A DNA stretch of 54,571 nt, the filler included, from Stramenopiles sp. TOSAG23-3 (lineage: Eukaryota): NCBI GenBank assembly GCA_900128585.1. It is 4 parts of 4 records of this genome, joined end to end, with 100 filler letters (N's around TTAATTAATTAA, not from the genome) between each part and the next. Parts side by side here need not be neighbours in the genome. Positions count along the whole stretch, not along the records: positions 25,265 to 50,284 come from LT642293.1; positions 50,385 to 52,428 come from LT645131.1; positions 52,529 to 54,571 come from LT645132.1; 1 more part is not named here. One strand, 5' to 3'. The notes under the pieces were generated by a model. That model was not told where the DNA came from. It did not search any database and saw nothing but the letters and a program-made list of their open reading frames with translations. Made by a program: the position numbers and the translations under genes. Below, piece after piece: positions 42,413 through 52,529 of this stretch (position 1 is its first letter; every line of letters begins with the position of its first letter).

Positions 42413-45290
42413 GATCCCATCGTTGGCCACATGTACCGCAAGTGACACCTACCCACTCTCCTGCTTCTGCACAATATGGGCAGTCAAATTTATCTTTTCC
42501 AGGGTGTTTGTCATGCACCCAACCCGACTTCACAGCCATCAACTTGAGCCAAGCGGATAAGTCCTCGCTTTGTTTCATACTGAACCAGTTCGATGATAGA
42601 GCTGTCGACAGGACCATTCTTACGGCATTCACGTCTTGATCGTGCCGTTTCCAAGCTGCATAACACGAGCGGAGTAAATTCCAGAGTCTCTCTCTATTAA
42701 CATTTTCTGGCTTTTTCCCGTACGAAAACACAAGCATCTGCGTTATTTCTAACGGGCTGTTAATCGAATACCTGTAGTCTTTTGACAGGACCACAAGTGC
42801 CGAGTGGTTTTTAAGTTTAGAGGGAGCACTAGCCCTGTCCATCTCCTCTCGCTGTACACACTTCGGGCAAGAGTAATGCTCACACTCAGTTTGCAAATGT
42901 TTGTCCATATCCGTGTAAGGAACAACTTTATTACAATATGTACAGCGAGACAGCCACGATTTAAATGTGCACTTAATTTCGTGATTTCCAACCAAACTCT
43001 GTTCTCCTGTCCACGAACAACCATGGACATGAAATCGGCAGCGTACTCGGACGCTCCCCCACATTTTCCATACAATTTTGTTGTTCGTTTCGACGTCCTG
43101 CAACTCTTCTGTTTTAAGCGGTTCTCCAGTAACAGGGCATAGCGGGGCCCTTTCAAGTGCGTCAGAGATACACGACGCGCAAAACAGGTGACCTGTTGGT
43201 GACTGTGTAGGTTTTCGGGATAATCCCCTGCAGATAGGGCACCGCAACTGGGGTGGCAATAAATCTGGCTGCAAGATGAGCGCGTCCCTCTGGTTTAAAT
43301 CATCACCACTTGCATTCAATGCGACTTGGGCCAAGCTGTTCACATTATTGGTACGGAGAACAATGTTGGTCTGTCCCCTTCCACCCGCTGCAGCAATTCC
43401 CCCGTCCCCTTCTAAACCATCAAATATTTCAGGGGGCTTTTCGCTGGCCCGTTTTCCATACTTGAGTTTCTTCTTTCCCTTCATTGACCCTTCAGGTAAC
43501 ATCAATGGAACTGCATTGGTTGAACTATTCCCGTACGTGTTCCCAAAATTGTCATCGTCGGATTCAGAGCCACTACTGGCATTTTCTTCGCTGTCGTCGG
43601 AGTTATAGTTGTTAACGTTCGTGTTTTGGGTATTTCGACTCTTTTCGCTGACACCAGCAGCAGCTCTCAGTTCTTGGGGCGTAATACTGGATAAAAATGC
43701 TATAATATTCCGTTTGAAAGCGTACTTCATCACATGCCGTCGCACGCATTTATAGATATGAGGGAAATTTCCAAGTTCAAGAACATCATCTAAATCGCTC
43801 TTTGACAAAACATACACATCCAAAAACGTTAAAGACCTGACATCATGCAAGCGCACTGCACTCTGAAGAATCATGTCTTCTCCAAAATAGTTTCCACCCC
43901 CCATTATTCTGCCATTGCAACCAACGACCCCTTTCCGAATAATGTACATTACCAACCCCCGTTCTCCCTTGGATATGACCAACTCTTCGGGGGCAAACGA
44001 GTCAATCGTCAGCTTCATAGTGACTTCGGTAATAAATGATTTCAGCTCTGCGTCTGTAGCAGCTTTTGGGTAAAAAAATGGAACCCGTTTCACCCAGTCT
44101 GCGTTGGACAAAACCGCAACTTCTCCTCTCAGGGTGGGCGTCATCAAGGACAGCAAGTCATTGTAATGGTGTGCTCTTTGAAGCTCCCGCGTATGATAGA
44201 AGTATTCGCGCAATCTATATCTGAGCTCCTTTGGAATTCGATTTTCTTTCATATAATCCTGTAGCGCATCCATCCGCTGCTGAAATTGGGCAGTCGCTGC
44301 ATCCATCGTGGCAACAATTCCACATACTGCCCCAACTATGTAGGCGTAGATGAACCCACCGCACGCCATTGCCACCATACCGACGCCCTTTTCTCCCTCT
44401 GTCGTCAGCTCAATGTCACCATATCCTATCGTTGTAATCGTCATTAATGCCCAGTAAACCCCGATCAGGTATTGTCCCCATTCGCCAGATTCATAAACGT
44501 TGTTTGACACTAGATAATTGATAGGAAACCCTTTCTCGTCAAACGCCAACTCTAACTCCACTATCAATCGCAACAAACACGCAAGCCAATGGGTCGTCGT
44601 AAGAACAACAATCACAAATTTAATTAAACTTTGCACCGCATAAGAGAGGGCAATCTTTGTTTCCCATCGTTTGAAAAGACGGGACGCGCGGAGCACCCGC
44701 GCTAATTTTATTAATCTGAACAACCGAATCACTCTTAAAACTTTTAAATCCTGAAGCGTGTCAGCAACGCTCTCGCCTCCCGTTGCCGACGGGGGAAGAG
44801 CAACAAACATGTCGAACGGAATTGTACTAACAACGTCTATTAAAAACCACCCTTTCACGTAACGAATGGCAATACGATCGTGTGACACTACCCATAAACC
44901 CTCGTCTTCTAATTCATATGCCAAGCAGAAGTTTATGATTATGTCTGCAAAGAATGCCATGTCTACAAGGCGGTTTAACATAAACAAAAGCGGGGGGACT
45001 GAAGCGCTCAAGTACGAAACCTCAAACGGCGTGACCACAGCAGTGTAAAGTAGCAGCAATATCATTAAAAGGTCCCACTGTTGCGAAAACTTGCTTTTCG
45101 GAGATATTATGCATTTTATATTGTCCGGGTTACTAACCCCCCGGTGTTGATGTATTTGTACTTGTTTGAATGTCGCTTCTTGCACTGCTGTGAACATGTC
45201 GGTCTTTAATGATGCCATATGTCTTTCTGGGCCAGACCCCTCATTCGATTCACTGAAAGGTAATACCGGAGTCTGCTCAACAGACGCCAT
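42381..45290 (-). CDS. Voltage-gated K+ channel of the cyclic-nucleotide-binding-domain superfamily, fused to a C-terminal RING-like domain and TRAF-type zinc fingers
   Basis: S4 LRVIRLFRLIKLARVLR, pore TITTIGYGD, C-linker, CNBD GNYFGE, then CPIC...GHLFCASC...CPV, CRFHVHGCSWTG...HEIKC and CTYC...HLQTEC. Confidence 0.9.
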   Translation of the reverse strand: MASVEQTPVLPFSESNEGSGPERHMASLKTDMFTAVQEATFKQVQIHQHRGVSNPDNIKCIISPKSKFSQQWDLLMILLLLYTAVVTPFEVSYLSASVPPLLFMLNRLVDMAFFADIIINFCLAYELEDEGLWVVSHDRIAIRYVKGWFLIDVVSTIPFDMFVALPPSATGGESVADTLQDLKVLRVIRLFRLIKLARVLRASRLFKRWETKIALSYAVQSLIKFVIVVLTTTHWLACLLRLIVELELAFDEKGFPINYLVSNNVYESGEWGQYLIGVYWALMTITTIGYGDIELTTEGEKGVGMVAMACGGFIYAYIVGAVCGIVATMDAATAQFQQRMDALQDYMKENRIPKELRYRLREYFYHTRELQRAHHYNDLLSLMTPTLRGEVAVLSNADWVKRVPFFYPKAATDAELKSFITEVTMKLTIDSFAPEELVISKGERGLVMYIIRKGVVGCNGRIMGGGNYFGEDMILQSAVRLHDVRSLTFLDVYVLSKSDLDDVLELGNFPHIYKCVRRHVMKYAFKRNIIAFLSSITPQELRAAAGVSEKSRNTQNTNVNNYNSDDSEENASSGSESDDDNFGNTYGNSSTNAVPLMLPEGSMKGKKKLKYGKRASEKPPEIFDGLEGDGGIAAAGGRGQTNIVLRTNNVNSLAQVALNASGDDLNQRDALILQPDLLPPQLRCPICRGLSRKPTQSPTGHLFCASCISDALERAPLCPVTGEPLKTEELQDVETNNKIVWKMWGSVRVRCRFHVHGCSWTGEQSLVGNHEIKCTFKSWLSRCTYCNKVVPYTDMDKHLQTECEHYSCPKCVQREEMDRASAPSKLKNHSALVVLSKDYRYSINSPLEITQMLVFSYGKKPENVNRERLWNLLRSCYAAWKRHDQDVNAVRMVLSTALSSNWFSMKQSEDLSAWLKLMAVKSGWVHDKHPGKDKFDCPYCAEAGEWVGVTCGTCGQRWDLQDEGAILLR

Positions 45291-45731
45291 GTTTCAAAGA
45301 TAAAAATAGCAGACCAAATATGAATTTTCCACGCCCTCTTTCAAGTCTAAAATGTAATGTAAACGTATAATTCTATCCGCATCACAATCGCTACCGTACA
45401 TATGTTTTGTCATGTTTGTTACAGGCATATGTTGAGTTTGCCCAAATAGCAAAAGTAGATAGAAAGGAATCTTGTCATAATAAAAAAATAAAATTTAAAA
45501 ATTCTTCTTCTTCGTACCGACCGGTAATTGTGTTGTGTACTCTACTACCGCGGCGGTTAAATATTATAATAAAAATTAATTAAAAAATATTTTTTTAGTC
45601 GTCTAATTTAACGGTAAGGTACGGAATTAATAGTCGTCTGGTCATTTCTATATTATTCTAACGTATTTGTTATTAGTTGGTAACCCTACAATAAACCCAA
45701 TCATCATCCCGCAGGACTTAGTAACTCAAAT

Positions 45732-45818
45732 AAAACAAGAAAATTGGCTGTTGTTTAAGTAATTAAAATTAATGTACTGCGAACTGAAATCTAGATTTAG
45801 ACATTCTAGGTTTGCATT
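45732..45818 (+). repeat. 3'-intergenic repeat family: core motif plus full module B, abutting the Ubl gene stop codon
   Basis: Near-identical to 12940-13027; its end overlaps the stop at 45817-45819 on the minus strand. Confidence 0.92.
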
Positions 45819-48174
45819 ATGAATCTTCCTCGTTAAATTCGTGGATAGTCTGTTGCGTTGCAGCAATACGCTGTTTTCTTTCTGAGACTTCGTCAAAATG
45901 GCGCCCTTCTTCAAAGAAAAGCATTTCTTGGCGATACCTCTGAAGAATATCGCTGTGGGTTTGCTTGACTTGCGCGAGTCGTTCGGCAGCTTCTGATGCT
46001 GTCCCGCTGTACTTTTGAAGGCCATCCAAGTCTTTCTCGACATTGTTGTTCTTAATTACCAAATCTTTCAAATGTTTGAAATGCAGGTTGTCCGTGTTTT
46101 GTCTGGTAGGGTTTATGTCAAGAATAACGTTACTCATGGTCATTTTTTTCCCGTCTGAATTTGCCAGCATACGAGTCAGCTCATCGTCAAGATAGTGAAC
46201 CTCAAGCCCTGGCGTTATTGGAACCTCCTCTTCTATATGTCCTTCTATATCGTCTTCTGGCACCGGAACTCTCAAAAGTCTAGATTCGCCCGTCTTCATC
46301 GGGGTCCCAGTGTGGTATGGATCATACACTGGCAACCATTCGTACCCATCATAATCTTCCCTGCCCACGACTCGTATATATAGTGTTTCATGCAAATCAT
46401 TCTGACTCAACTGCATCGTCATTTCACCCACAAACACGTGCTTCTCTACGCTTTCGCTCTCTGGGTAAACCTTTATTTTTCCTGTAACGGAGAAGGCTCC
46501 TTGAGAACATTTGCCTTGCCCGTTTTTGGAATACACCGCTAGTTCGCGGCCATTTCCGCGCTGGTCCTTATTGCTCCACTTTTCGTACAGATTTACTTTT
46601 ATTTCTTCAAAACCAGAGTGAACAGACTTTTCTTCTCGTTTGTCCCCTTTGTTCGATTTTAACCACGGCAGCGAAACTTGCATCGTGCCGTATAATATTC
46701 CGTTGTCGCTAATCGTCAATGTAAATCTTCCTTTGTCGTATGGCTCGGTCAGCCCCGTTTTGATAGTCCCGTCCATTGTTGGGCTTAAACTCCCATCTTT
46801 TGGTTTTCCTACCTCTCCTGAAAAAGTATATGCGTCGCCTTTTTTTACATTTATCGCATCTGTTCCCACTATCTCATGGACACGTTTGGTCCCATCTTCG
46901 GCCCAAATAAACCCAGATTCTATTTTACGGTTCCATGCATCAATCCGCTTGTCTTCGTAAACGTATTTTTGTAGAACTTTACAGTTGAGCGGGCAAATAA
47001 AATCTAAATCGTTCCTATCTTTGCTTTTTTTGTACCGGCCCACCTCTATGAACTGATTGGTCGCAAACAGCTGCCTTCCAGCAGAATCTTTCCCTTCCAG
47101 CATCTTGCGGTAAGCGATCCCCTTAGAGAAAACTTCAAAATTTTCATGCACTATATACCATCTCGCCCCTTCTTCCAGTGGTAGTTTCGGTGGGAATATC
47201 TGCACAGTAGACCCTGACGGGATGCCAAAGTCCAGCAAGGAACATTTGTCATTGTCTAAAACCTTTCTATCCCACATAAGCAGCTGCAAATCCGTGGCGA
47301 TGGATGTTTCATCACATATCATGCCTTTTAGATTCTCTATAGTACTATGAGGATCGATGGCAAACTCAATGTCGACTTGCCGCTTTTCTTGAGGCTTCGT
47401 TTTCACAAAAAGTTTCATCTTTAGTTTAAGCTCGCTTTTGTCCTGAACCCCAAAGTGGCTAAGGGGTTTAAAGTTGTCGGTCAAAAGCGTGCCATTGAAG
47501 AACAAGAGCTGCTGCCGTACTTCCACTGAGCAGTGGTCTGCAATCAGCTCCTTTATTTCCCCTAAGTTTTGAGATAACTCTATGTCAAATGAGACACTCT
47601 CTCCATCCAACATCCAAACATAGATCTCCATCTGGTCCTCAGGACGACCATTCTTACTTTTACCTTTTGCCTCATTTTCCGGCCGTCGTGGTGGTGGCAG
47701 CAGCTTAAGTTCTCCTAAAATAAGCTTCTGGGAAAATGGGTCGTGCTGTGGTATCCAGCAGTAACGATCTTCCTCGGCCACTTTCACTTCAGAGCCCCCC
47801 GGCAGCGTGTACTTCAGCACTCGAAAATACTGTACTTCCGATACGTGCATTGAGACCGCGCCGTCTTCGCCAAAAGTAGAATAATGAACTAAGGGTGCAT
47901 CATAAGAATTTGTATCTCCTTTGATCGTATCCTCTTCGACTCCCCTAACGCTCCTCCTGTCCACCGTGAGCAAAGAACCTATAGGTATTTCAAACGCGTC
48001 GACTATTGGAGCATCAGGCCGAAAGACAATAGATTCGTGCAGCTTTATTTCACGGTCAGACACCTTCATCCGAAATATAAGCTTTACCTTTCTTTCCTTA
48101 TCTGCTAATACTCGAAACTCCCGAAGAAATTTCCTCTCGCCCATCCGTTTTTCTGTTTGATGCTGAAACATCAT
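45817..48174 (-). CDS. Protein with two tandem ubiquitin-like domains, otherwise uncharacterised
   Basis: MEIYVWMLDGESVSFDIE...IKELIA...QQLLFFNGTLL...LSHFGVQDKSELKL and MKLFVKT...TIENLKGMI...QLLMWDRKVL...LLDFGIPSGSTVQI. Confidence 0.75.
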   Translation of the reverse strand: MMFQHQTEKRMGERKFLREFRVLADKERKVKLIFRMKVSDREIKLHESIVFRPDAPIVDAFEIPIGSLLTVDRRSVRGVEEDTIKGDTNSYDAPLVHYSTFGEDGAVSMHVSEVQYFRVLKYTLPGGSEVKVAEEDRYCWIPQHDPFSQKLILGELKLLPPPRRPENEAKGKSKNGRPEDQMEIYVWMLDGESVSFDIELSQNLGEIKELIADHCSVEVRQQLLFFNGTLLTDNFKPLSHFGVQDKSELKLKMKLFVKTKPQEKRQVDIEFAIDPHSTIENLKGMICDETSIATDLQLLMWDRKVLDNDKCSLLDFGIPSGSTVQIFPPKLPLEEGARWYIVHENFEVFSKGIAYRKMLEGKDSAGRQLFATNQFIEVGRYKKSKDRNDLDFICPLNCKVLQKYVYEDKRIDAWNRKIESGFIWAEDGTKRVHEIVGTDAINVKKGDAYTFSGEVGKPKDGSLSPTMDGTIKTGLTEPYDKGRFTLTISDNGILYGTMQVSLPWLKSNKGDKREEKSVHSGFEEIKVNLYEKWSNKDQRGNGRELAVYSKNGQGKCSQGAFSVTGKIKVYPESESVEKHVFVGEMTMQLSQNDLHETLYIRVVGREDYDGYEWLPVYDPYHTGTPMKTGESRLLRVPVPEDDIEGHIEEEVPITPGLEVHYLDDELTRMLANSDGKKMTMSNVILDINPTRQNTDNLHFKHLKDLVIKNNNVEKDLDGLQKYSGTASEAAERLAQVKQTHSDILQRYRQEMLFFEEGRHFDEVSERKQRIAATQQTIHEFNEEDS

Positions 48175-49551
48175 CTTGCTGCAAAGTTCAACCGTCAGTA
48201 AGCGTGCGTGTTGTGCTCCAGTTGACTTTCCGGTCAGTTTTTTCCTGTAGCTTGAATTTGCGGTTGGGAACTGCTTGTTAAAGGCTTTCTCTCAAGTGTT
48301 AACTTTGCGCTCAGATCAAGTTCTATGCAAAGATAAAACTCTTGCATCTCTTGAGATTCTTTCCCACCTTTCGTTTTTGATTCCTTTCTTATTGTTTAAT
48401 AACTTCTTACCAAGGCAACAAAAGGCAAAAACTAATAAACAAATGCTTGATCGTGATCTTGTTGTTTTTAGGCTTCCTTGTTTCTTTGTTCGGTGTTTTG
48501 TTGTTGCTTCTTTTCCGTCGCCGCCGCTGCTGCTGTAGTTGTTATTATACTATTATATAGGAGTTAGTTAGGAAGCGACAACGTTAGTCGTTTATAATAG
48601 GATATAAAGATAATAAAAGATAAAAATCCAAAAATCAATTTTAATCCTGTACTTTTACCTGGTATTTACCTATAATAATAAGTCTGTATAATAACGTCCC
48701 TAACGAACGAACGAGATAGAACAGAGTAACTAGAACGACCAGAATAACTACAGCATTAACTACAGCATTTCTCTTATTTATTACTATCTTATATATACGT
48801 ACATAAAAGTATAAATAAAAGCTTATGCTATAAATAGCAAGGATGAGTGCTTGGGTGCTTGCAGTTTTTAGTTATTAGAACTATAGAAATAGAACTAACT
48901 ACAAGAAAGAAAAAGAATACAATAAAACAACGTAATCAAACAGTTAAGGACGTACTTAGTCAATAATAAATGTACAAAATTATAACAAAGAACAAAATTG
49001 TAAACAACAGTTTCTTTTTTTCAACAATAGTAAAGTTAATAATATTTACTATTAAAGTTGGTATACTTTCAATAATGTTGATACAGCATTTGCAATAATT
49101 TGGTTTTAAAACAATATTTCCTATATATATATATAACTTAACTACACTATAATGTATTGTCATTATTGAATTATTTCACATTGTTCAAAAATTATTCGAA
49201 GAACAAAAACATCATCATATCATCCCCCAGACCACCACAACAATAGTGGTAAAAATGTGGTCTGGGTGGGTCCGGCCATCCATGTTGTTGCTGCTTCTTC
49301 TTTCTTTGTTTTTGCTCACCCTACTATAACATCATCAAACTTTCATTGAAACCGGTTAGTTGTCTATTTATGTTTTGGCATTTGTGTCCACCACGGTTTG
49401 ACAACGTGATGTATAATTACATTTCGGCATGTTCCCTGAAGACAGCCGTTTGCAGTCACACCGATCGAACTATTATTAACGCAGATATAGTTTGTGCGAC
49501 ATAGAGTCTACCTGCAGTTGCGAATATTAGACGACAGTAGATTTTTATAAA

Positions 49552-50284
49552 ATGGCAGAGACAAGTGGGACGTATGGCGCGCTAGACTTTCAACATGACT
49601 CGGTGTCGTTGGGCTCCGATAATGATTTGGTTCACCCTAGATCAATGTCTGACTCCGTATCGGAAACATTACTGAAATTCAAGAGGGGGGGTGATGGCAA
49701 ACGCTCGATATCCCACAATGTAAGGGAACTACCGTCGAGTCGTAAGTTCTATATGACTGGACTGGGTGAAGACCTGACGGGTTTTGCTGACTCGAAACTA
49801 ATTATTCAGACCTCCTACGATAACTCGGAGGATAATCCAGGCACTGCCTGCTCACAAGAGACCCCACTGGTACCATTTATGGATTTGGTGCTGTTCTTTA
49901 TTTGCGGTGTGGGCGTCTCTGCGCCTTTCACGTGCATCCTGTCGTCGTTAACATACTTCAGCGACACCTTCTATAACGACCCAAAAGTGTTTATGTACTT
50001 GAACGTTTGCGTTTACTCCCCTACGATAATCATATCGGTGGCTCAAGCGGCATGGGATGATTCTTTTAATGTGAAATATGGCGCAAAACTCGCATACAAT
50101 ACGCGAATTGTTTTTACATACGTAGCAAGCGCCTTAGTATTATTTTTGGCCCCCTCTTTAACGGGGGTGAAAGTTGGATCAGAGAAAACCCTCTGGCACC
50201 TTGTACTTGTCACATTCTCGTTTGGGGTCTTACATCAGATCTCTTACGGGTCGTTTTACCAAATTGCATCGTTTATTCCCAGTG
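49552..50284 (+). CDS. Equilibrative nucleoside transporter-like protein; 3'-truncated by a gap
   Basis: LFFICGVGVSAPFTCILSSLTYF resembles ENT TM1, followed by further TM helices and GSFYQIASF. Confidence 0.65.
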
Positions 50285-50386
50285 NNNNNNNNNNNNNNNN
50301 NNNNNNNNNNNNNNNNNNNNNNNNNNNNTTAATTAATTAANNNNNNNNNNNNNNNNNNNNNNNNNNNNNNNNNNNNNNNNNNNNTC

Positions 50387-51244
50387 GACCTCTTGGACCT
50401 TCAACCGACGATCAACACGCACAAGGGCACCGGCGGGGCGTTGCCCTCCGACGCCTCCAAGGCCAGGGTAGTCTTTGAAAACATAAAGTTTTCGTACCCC
50501 TCTCGAAAGGACATTAACGTGCTGACCGACGTGAGCTTCACTTGCGAGCCGGGGAAAGTAGTCGCCCTCTGCGGCCAGAGTGGGAGCGGGAAATCGACGA
50601 TCATCTCCCTTATGGAACGGTTTTACGACCCAGACGAAGGTACGATCAAATGCTGGGGCCAGGATTTGAAAACCATTGACCACGGGTTCTTGCACAGCAA
50701 AATTGCCTTGGTCAGCCAGGAGCCCGTACTCTTTGCGACGATGATTCGCGAAAACATTTTGTACGGGATAACCCGCAAGGTAACGGACGAGGAGATCGAG
50801 GCCGCCTCGAGGCAGGCGTGCGCGCACGAGTTCGTCACCAACTTCCCGGAAGGGTACATGACGCTAGTGGGCGAGCGTGGGGTGCAGCTGAGCGGTGGGC
50901 AGAAGCAACGAGTGGCCATTGCCCGTGCCATTTTAATGGACCCGGTCCTGCTCCTGTTGGACGAGGCGACGTCTGCGCTAGACGCGGAGAGCGAGGGCCT
51001 GGTCCAGGATGCCTTGGAAAAATTGATGGTGCAGCGGACCACGATCGTCATTGCGCACCGGCTGTCGACGATCAGGAACGCCGACACCATCATGGTGATG
51101 GACCATGGGAAGATTGTCGAGAAGGCGTCTCGAAACGAGGCGGGCCTCTCTGCCCACCAACAGCTCCTGGAGCGAACCGATGGGTACTATTTTACTCTGA
51201 TCAAGAAGCAGCTGGACGGAGAACTCCCGAAGAAGAGTGCGTGA
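50387..51244 (+). CDS. ABCB-type ABC transporter, nucleotide-binding domain; 5'-truncated by a gap
   Basis: Walker A GQSGSGKST, SQEP Q-loop, LSGGQKQR, LLLLDEATSALD and IAHRLST. Confidence 0.95.
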   Translation, partial: DLLDLQPTINTHKGTGGALPSDASKARVVFENIKFSYPSRKDINVLTDVSFTCEPGKVVALCGQSGSGKSTIISLMERFYDPDEGTIKCWGQDLKTIDHGFLHSKIALVSQEPVLFATMIRENILYGITRKVTDEEIEAASRQACAHEFVTNFPEGYMTLVGERGVQLSGGQKQRVAIARAILMDPVLLLLDEATSALDAESEGLVQDALEKLMVQRTTIVIAHRLSTIRNADTIMVMDHGKIVEKASRNEAGLSAHQQLLERTDGYYFTLIKKQLDGELPKKSA

Positions 51245-51460
51245 TAAGATAAGTTTTAAATTTACTCAATTTAGTACGGAGAAAGATAATAAAAACCATT
51301 GTAAAAGCGAAAGTATTCGCGCCACAGGGGGAACTAATAAAAAAACGATTTTTTTAAATAAGATGTACGAGATTTACTTTCGTTTCGTGATTTGTTGTAT
51401 CAATATTAAGCGTACCTTAGCGTTTAAGCAAAATGTGCTAAAATTCTTTTAAAATATTAA

Positions 51461-51482
51461 ATAATAGCCAATTTTCTTGTTT
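51461..51482 (-). repeat. 3'-intergenic core motif
   Basis: ataatagccaattttcttgttt, 25 bp after the stop of the minus-strand gene at 51507. Confidence 0.85.
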
Positions 51483-51506
51483 TTAAAAATACAATTTTTT
51501 TAAACG

Positions 51507-52427
51507 TTAACAGTTGTGCTTTCTTTTTATGTGACTTGAAAACTCTAGCTCAACCGCATTCTGTGGAACCCTAGCCTTCCGCCGCTTTTCCAAAAAGTAA
51601 ACGACCGGGCAAGTGACACAAAAGACGCTCATGCACCAGCTGGCAATGGCGCCGGAGGCGACGCCTCCTGGCATAAAAAAGCTGGCAAGAATTGCGTACA
51701 ACGATGCGCTCAGCATACCCAGGACCATGGGTGCCAACGTGCTCAGCGCAACCTCTTTCGATTCCGAAAGCCACAGCGAACTGACCACCACGGTGCCGAT
51801 TATCGGCAAATTGACCAAAATCCCGCTCAACGCCGGCAGCGTTTGCGCCAGCGCAAGCGCAACAAAGAAGAGGACAAACGTGCACGCCCCACGCCCCATG
51901 AATGCCCAAACCTTGCTACGAATATCGTCCTTCTCCCCGCCATCTTCCCCCGTCGTCTCCGCCTCCGTAGACGGGGCAGACGGGAAATAAACAATAAGGA
52001 GGACCCCGACCAAAAATTCAGCAAAAAACGAGGCAACCGCTAGAATTTGCAGCGTGGCCAGTGGCAACGTTTCCGGCTTTAAAAAAAACACCACGAGGGC
52101 TAAGATAACGAGAAAAACCGTCCCGGAACAGAAGAACGCCCGAAGCATGCGCCCCATCTCGCTGCTCTTCCCACCAAAACCGGCTCCGTAGTGCAGGCTA
52201 AACACACGAAGCCCTGCAAGGTAAAAGCTGTTGTTTAACATTCCAATAGGCATTACCAACATGGCCGTCTGAAACGACAAAGAAGTCGCCGAAAGCTGCA
52301 ACGAAAACCCGATCGATCCAACGACCGCAACGTGCGGCACAGTCCCCAACGCCCCCCCAACAACACCCCCACATAAATGAACCAGAAGGGAGACGGTTAT
52401 CGTAACGCACGCTGCCACCAAAGACGA
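51507..52427 (-). CDS. Uncharacterised polytopic membrane protein with two similar halves; 5'-truncated by a gap
   Basis: About 9-10 hydrophobic helices; GGALGTVP and SGILVNLP motifs recur in the two halves; the frame is open to the gap. Confidence 0.7.
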   Translation of the reverse strand, partial: SSLVAACVTITVSLLVHLCGGVVGGALGTVPHVAVVGSIGFSLQLSATSLSFQTAMLVMPIGMLNNSFYLAGLRVFSLHYGAGFGGKSSEMGRMLRAFFCSGTVFLVILALVVFFLKPETLPLATLQILAVASFFAEFLVGVLLIVYFPSAPSTEAETTGEDGGEKDDIRSKVWAFMGRGACTFVLFFVALALAQTLPALSGILVNLPIIGTVVVSSLWLSESKEVALSTLAPMVLGMLSASLYAILASFFMPGGVASGAIASWCMSVFCVTCPVVYFLEKRRKARVPQNAVELEFSSHIKRKHNC

Positions 52428-52529
52428 CNNNNNNNNNNNNNNNNNNNNNNNNNNNNNNNNNNNNNNNNNNNNTTAATTAATTAANNNNNNNNNNNNNNNN
52501 NNNNNNNNNNNNNNNNNNNNNNNNNNNNG

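Noticed and set aside
45726-46043. Small ORFs running through repeat module B (also 12981-13280)
   Set aside because: They are off-frame or intergenic, AT-rich and an incidental product of the repeat.
49552-51244. ENT-ABC transporter fusion
   Set aside because: The parts lie on either side of a linker gap, differ in GC content and belong to unrelated families; the ABCB membrane domain is presumably in the gap.
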